Positions 62,849-64,000 of a DNA stretch of 64,000 nt are shown in pieces (the first letter of the stretch is position 1; each line of letters begins with the position of its first letter). Both the position numbers and the translations under genes were made by a program. Source of the stretch: Octopus bimaculoides (taxonomy: Eukaryota). The notes under the pieces are model-generated. The model saw only the letters and a list, made by a program, of their open reading frames with translations. It was not told where the DNA came from and ran no database searches. The stretch covers positions 36,172,354 to 36,236,353 of the forward strand of contig NC_069002.1 in the NCBI RefSeq assembly GCF_001194135.2. Reading direction: 5' to 3'.

Positions 62849-63199
62849 TTTGTTGTACTATAATCATCAGAATCTTTTCAGTGTAGCATTAATATTTTTC
62901 TAACTTTCGGACAAGATTTAATGGCGGAAATTTAATTGTCGAATAACGAATAATAATTCTCGAGTGACTGAACAGAGCTGATTAAGCCAGATTGAATAAG
63001 CTTCTAAAGTGTTACGGTCTTAACCTAAAGTATATAATTTACTTCGACTATGTAATTGATATCTATTACTCTGTCACTTGCAATGCTTTCTAGAGCCCTT
63101 TCATTAATTTGCAACGAACCTAGGACTAAATCCTGGTTCCCTCTCTCCTTCTCTACCCATCTCTGTTTTTCATACTGCATTACTGCGTATTTAGCCAAT

Positions 63200-63460
63200 T
63201 AGTTCGGTGTTTGAATGCTTTCTAATTCTGAGGGTGACACTGAAACGGAAAAAAAATCATTTATTTCTGTTGTTGCTGCAACTACTTCTACTCTTGCAAC
63301 CGCACCGGTGGCAGACGCTGCTACTATTAATACGGCTGCCCCTATTACTCTATTTCAACTGAAATTACTACTACTGCTGCTGCTGCTGCTACTTCTACTA
63401 TTGCTGCTGCCAATGATGATGATGGTGACGAGGATGTCGATTACGGCTGCTATTTAGTTC
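63200..63460. repeat. (CTG/CTA/GAT)n low-complexity tract
   Basis: Direct sequence. Confidence 0.8.
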
Positions 63461-64000
63461 GTATGGTACAACTTGGTATTGGTCTTGTAGTTTAGCTCCA
63501 ATTCAACACCGTCTAAGCATTTTTCCCGTTAAAATTTTATATCACAGAGTAATTTTCAAAGAAGCCAACAGTGGGCATAGGTCAACCTGATGGTTAAAGA
63601 GAGGAAGTCTGAACCAATGTACCAATGTTGTGAATATCGTTACTACTGAAACAACACAACGCATATTTAGTCCTCATTCATATCCTGAATTGCGTCAAAT
63701 TCCATTAACATTATTTTCATCAAAATTTCTAGAGATACTTGAATATATAGCATATATTCAGATAGATTAAGTGCGACAGGGTTAGCCTTTTGAATTTCAG
63801 AAAGAGCCCGTAAATTATTGTAGTTAATGTAAGTGGTTAAATATTTCTGAGAGGCATGTGATCCATTCTTCATGTAAGCCTCTCAAAGAGTCAGCATAAT
63901 ACGGTGTATGATAAAGCTAACACTTTGAATTTGAGGCAGATTCCATTTAGTTCCCGAGCAGTTTCCGAATTTCAACTTCACTCATTAGGTTTGAATCAGC

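Overview
AT-rich eukaryotic genomic DNA from a gapped draft assembly with 10 N-runs, most next to (TA)n tracts. The SINE families and microsatellite load most resemble an octopus or other coleoid cephalopod genome (inference from recalled repeat families, not a database search). Almost all ORFs in the supplied track are microsatellite or low-complexity artefacts. The window is dominated by tRNA-derived SINEs of at least 4 families, mariner transposase remnants, foldback MITEs, non-LTR remnants (RTE, restriction-like-endonuclease type and Penelope-like) and simple repeats. Three non-routine signals stand out. (1) A compact, phase-consistent spliced gene at 60.1-62.85 kb (+) encodes a predicted 74-aa secreted peptide precursor, and its TATA/Inr promoter appears to lie inside a MITE. 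(2) A heavily decayed single-exon Toll-like-receptor-type pseudogene lies at about 52.7-56.0 kb (-). (3) There are several hammerhead-ribozyme-like motifs, including an inverted pair forming a roughly 120-nt palindrome at 23.1 kb. A few orphan candidate exons occur at 9, 11, 32 and 40.7 kb. There are no prokaryotic features, CRISPR arrays, rRNA or intact tRNA genes.
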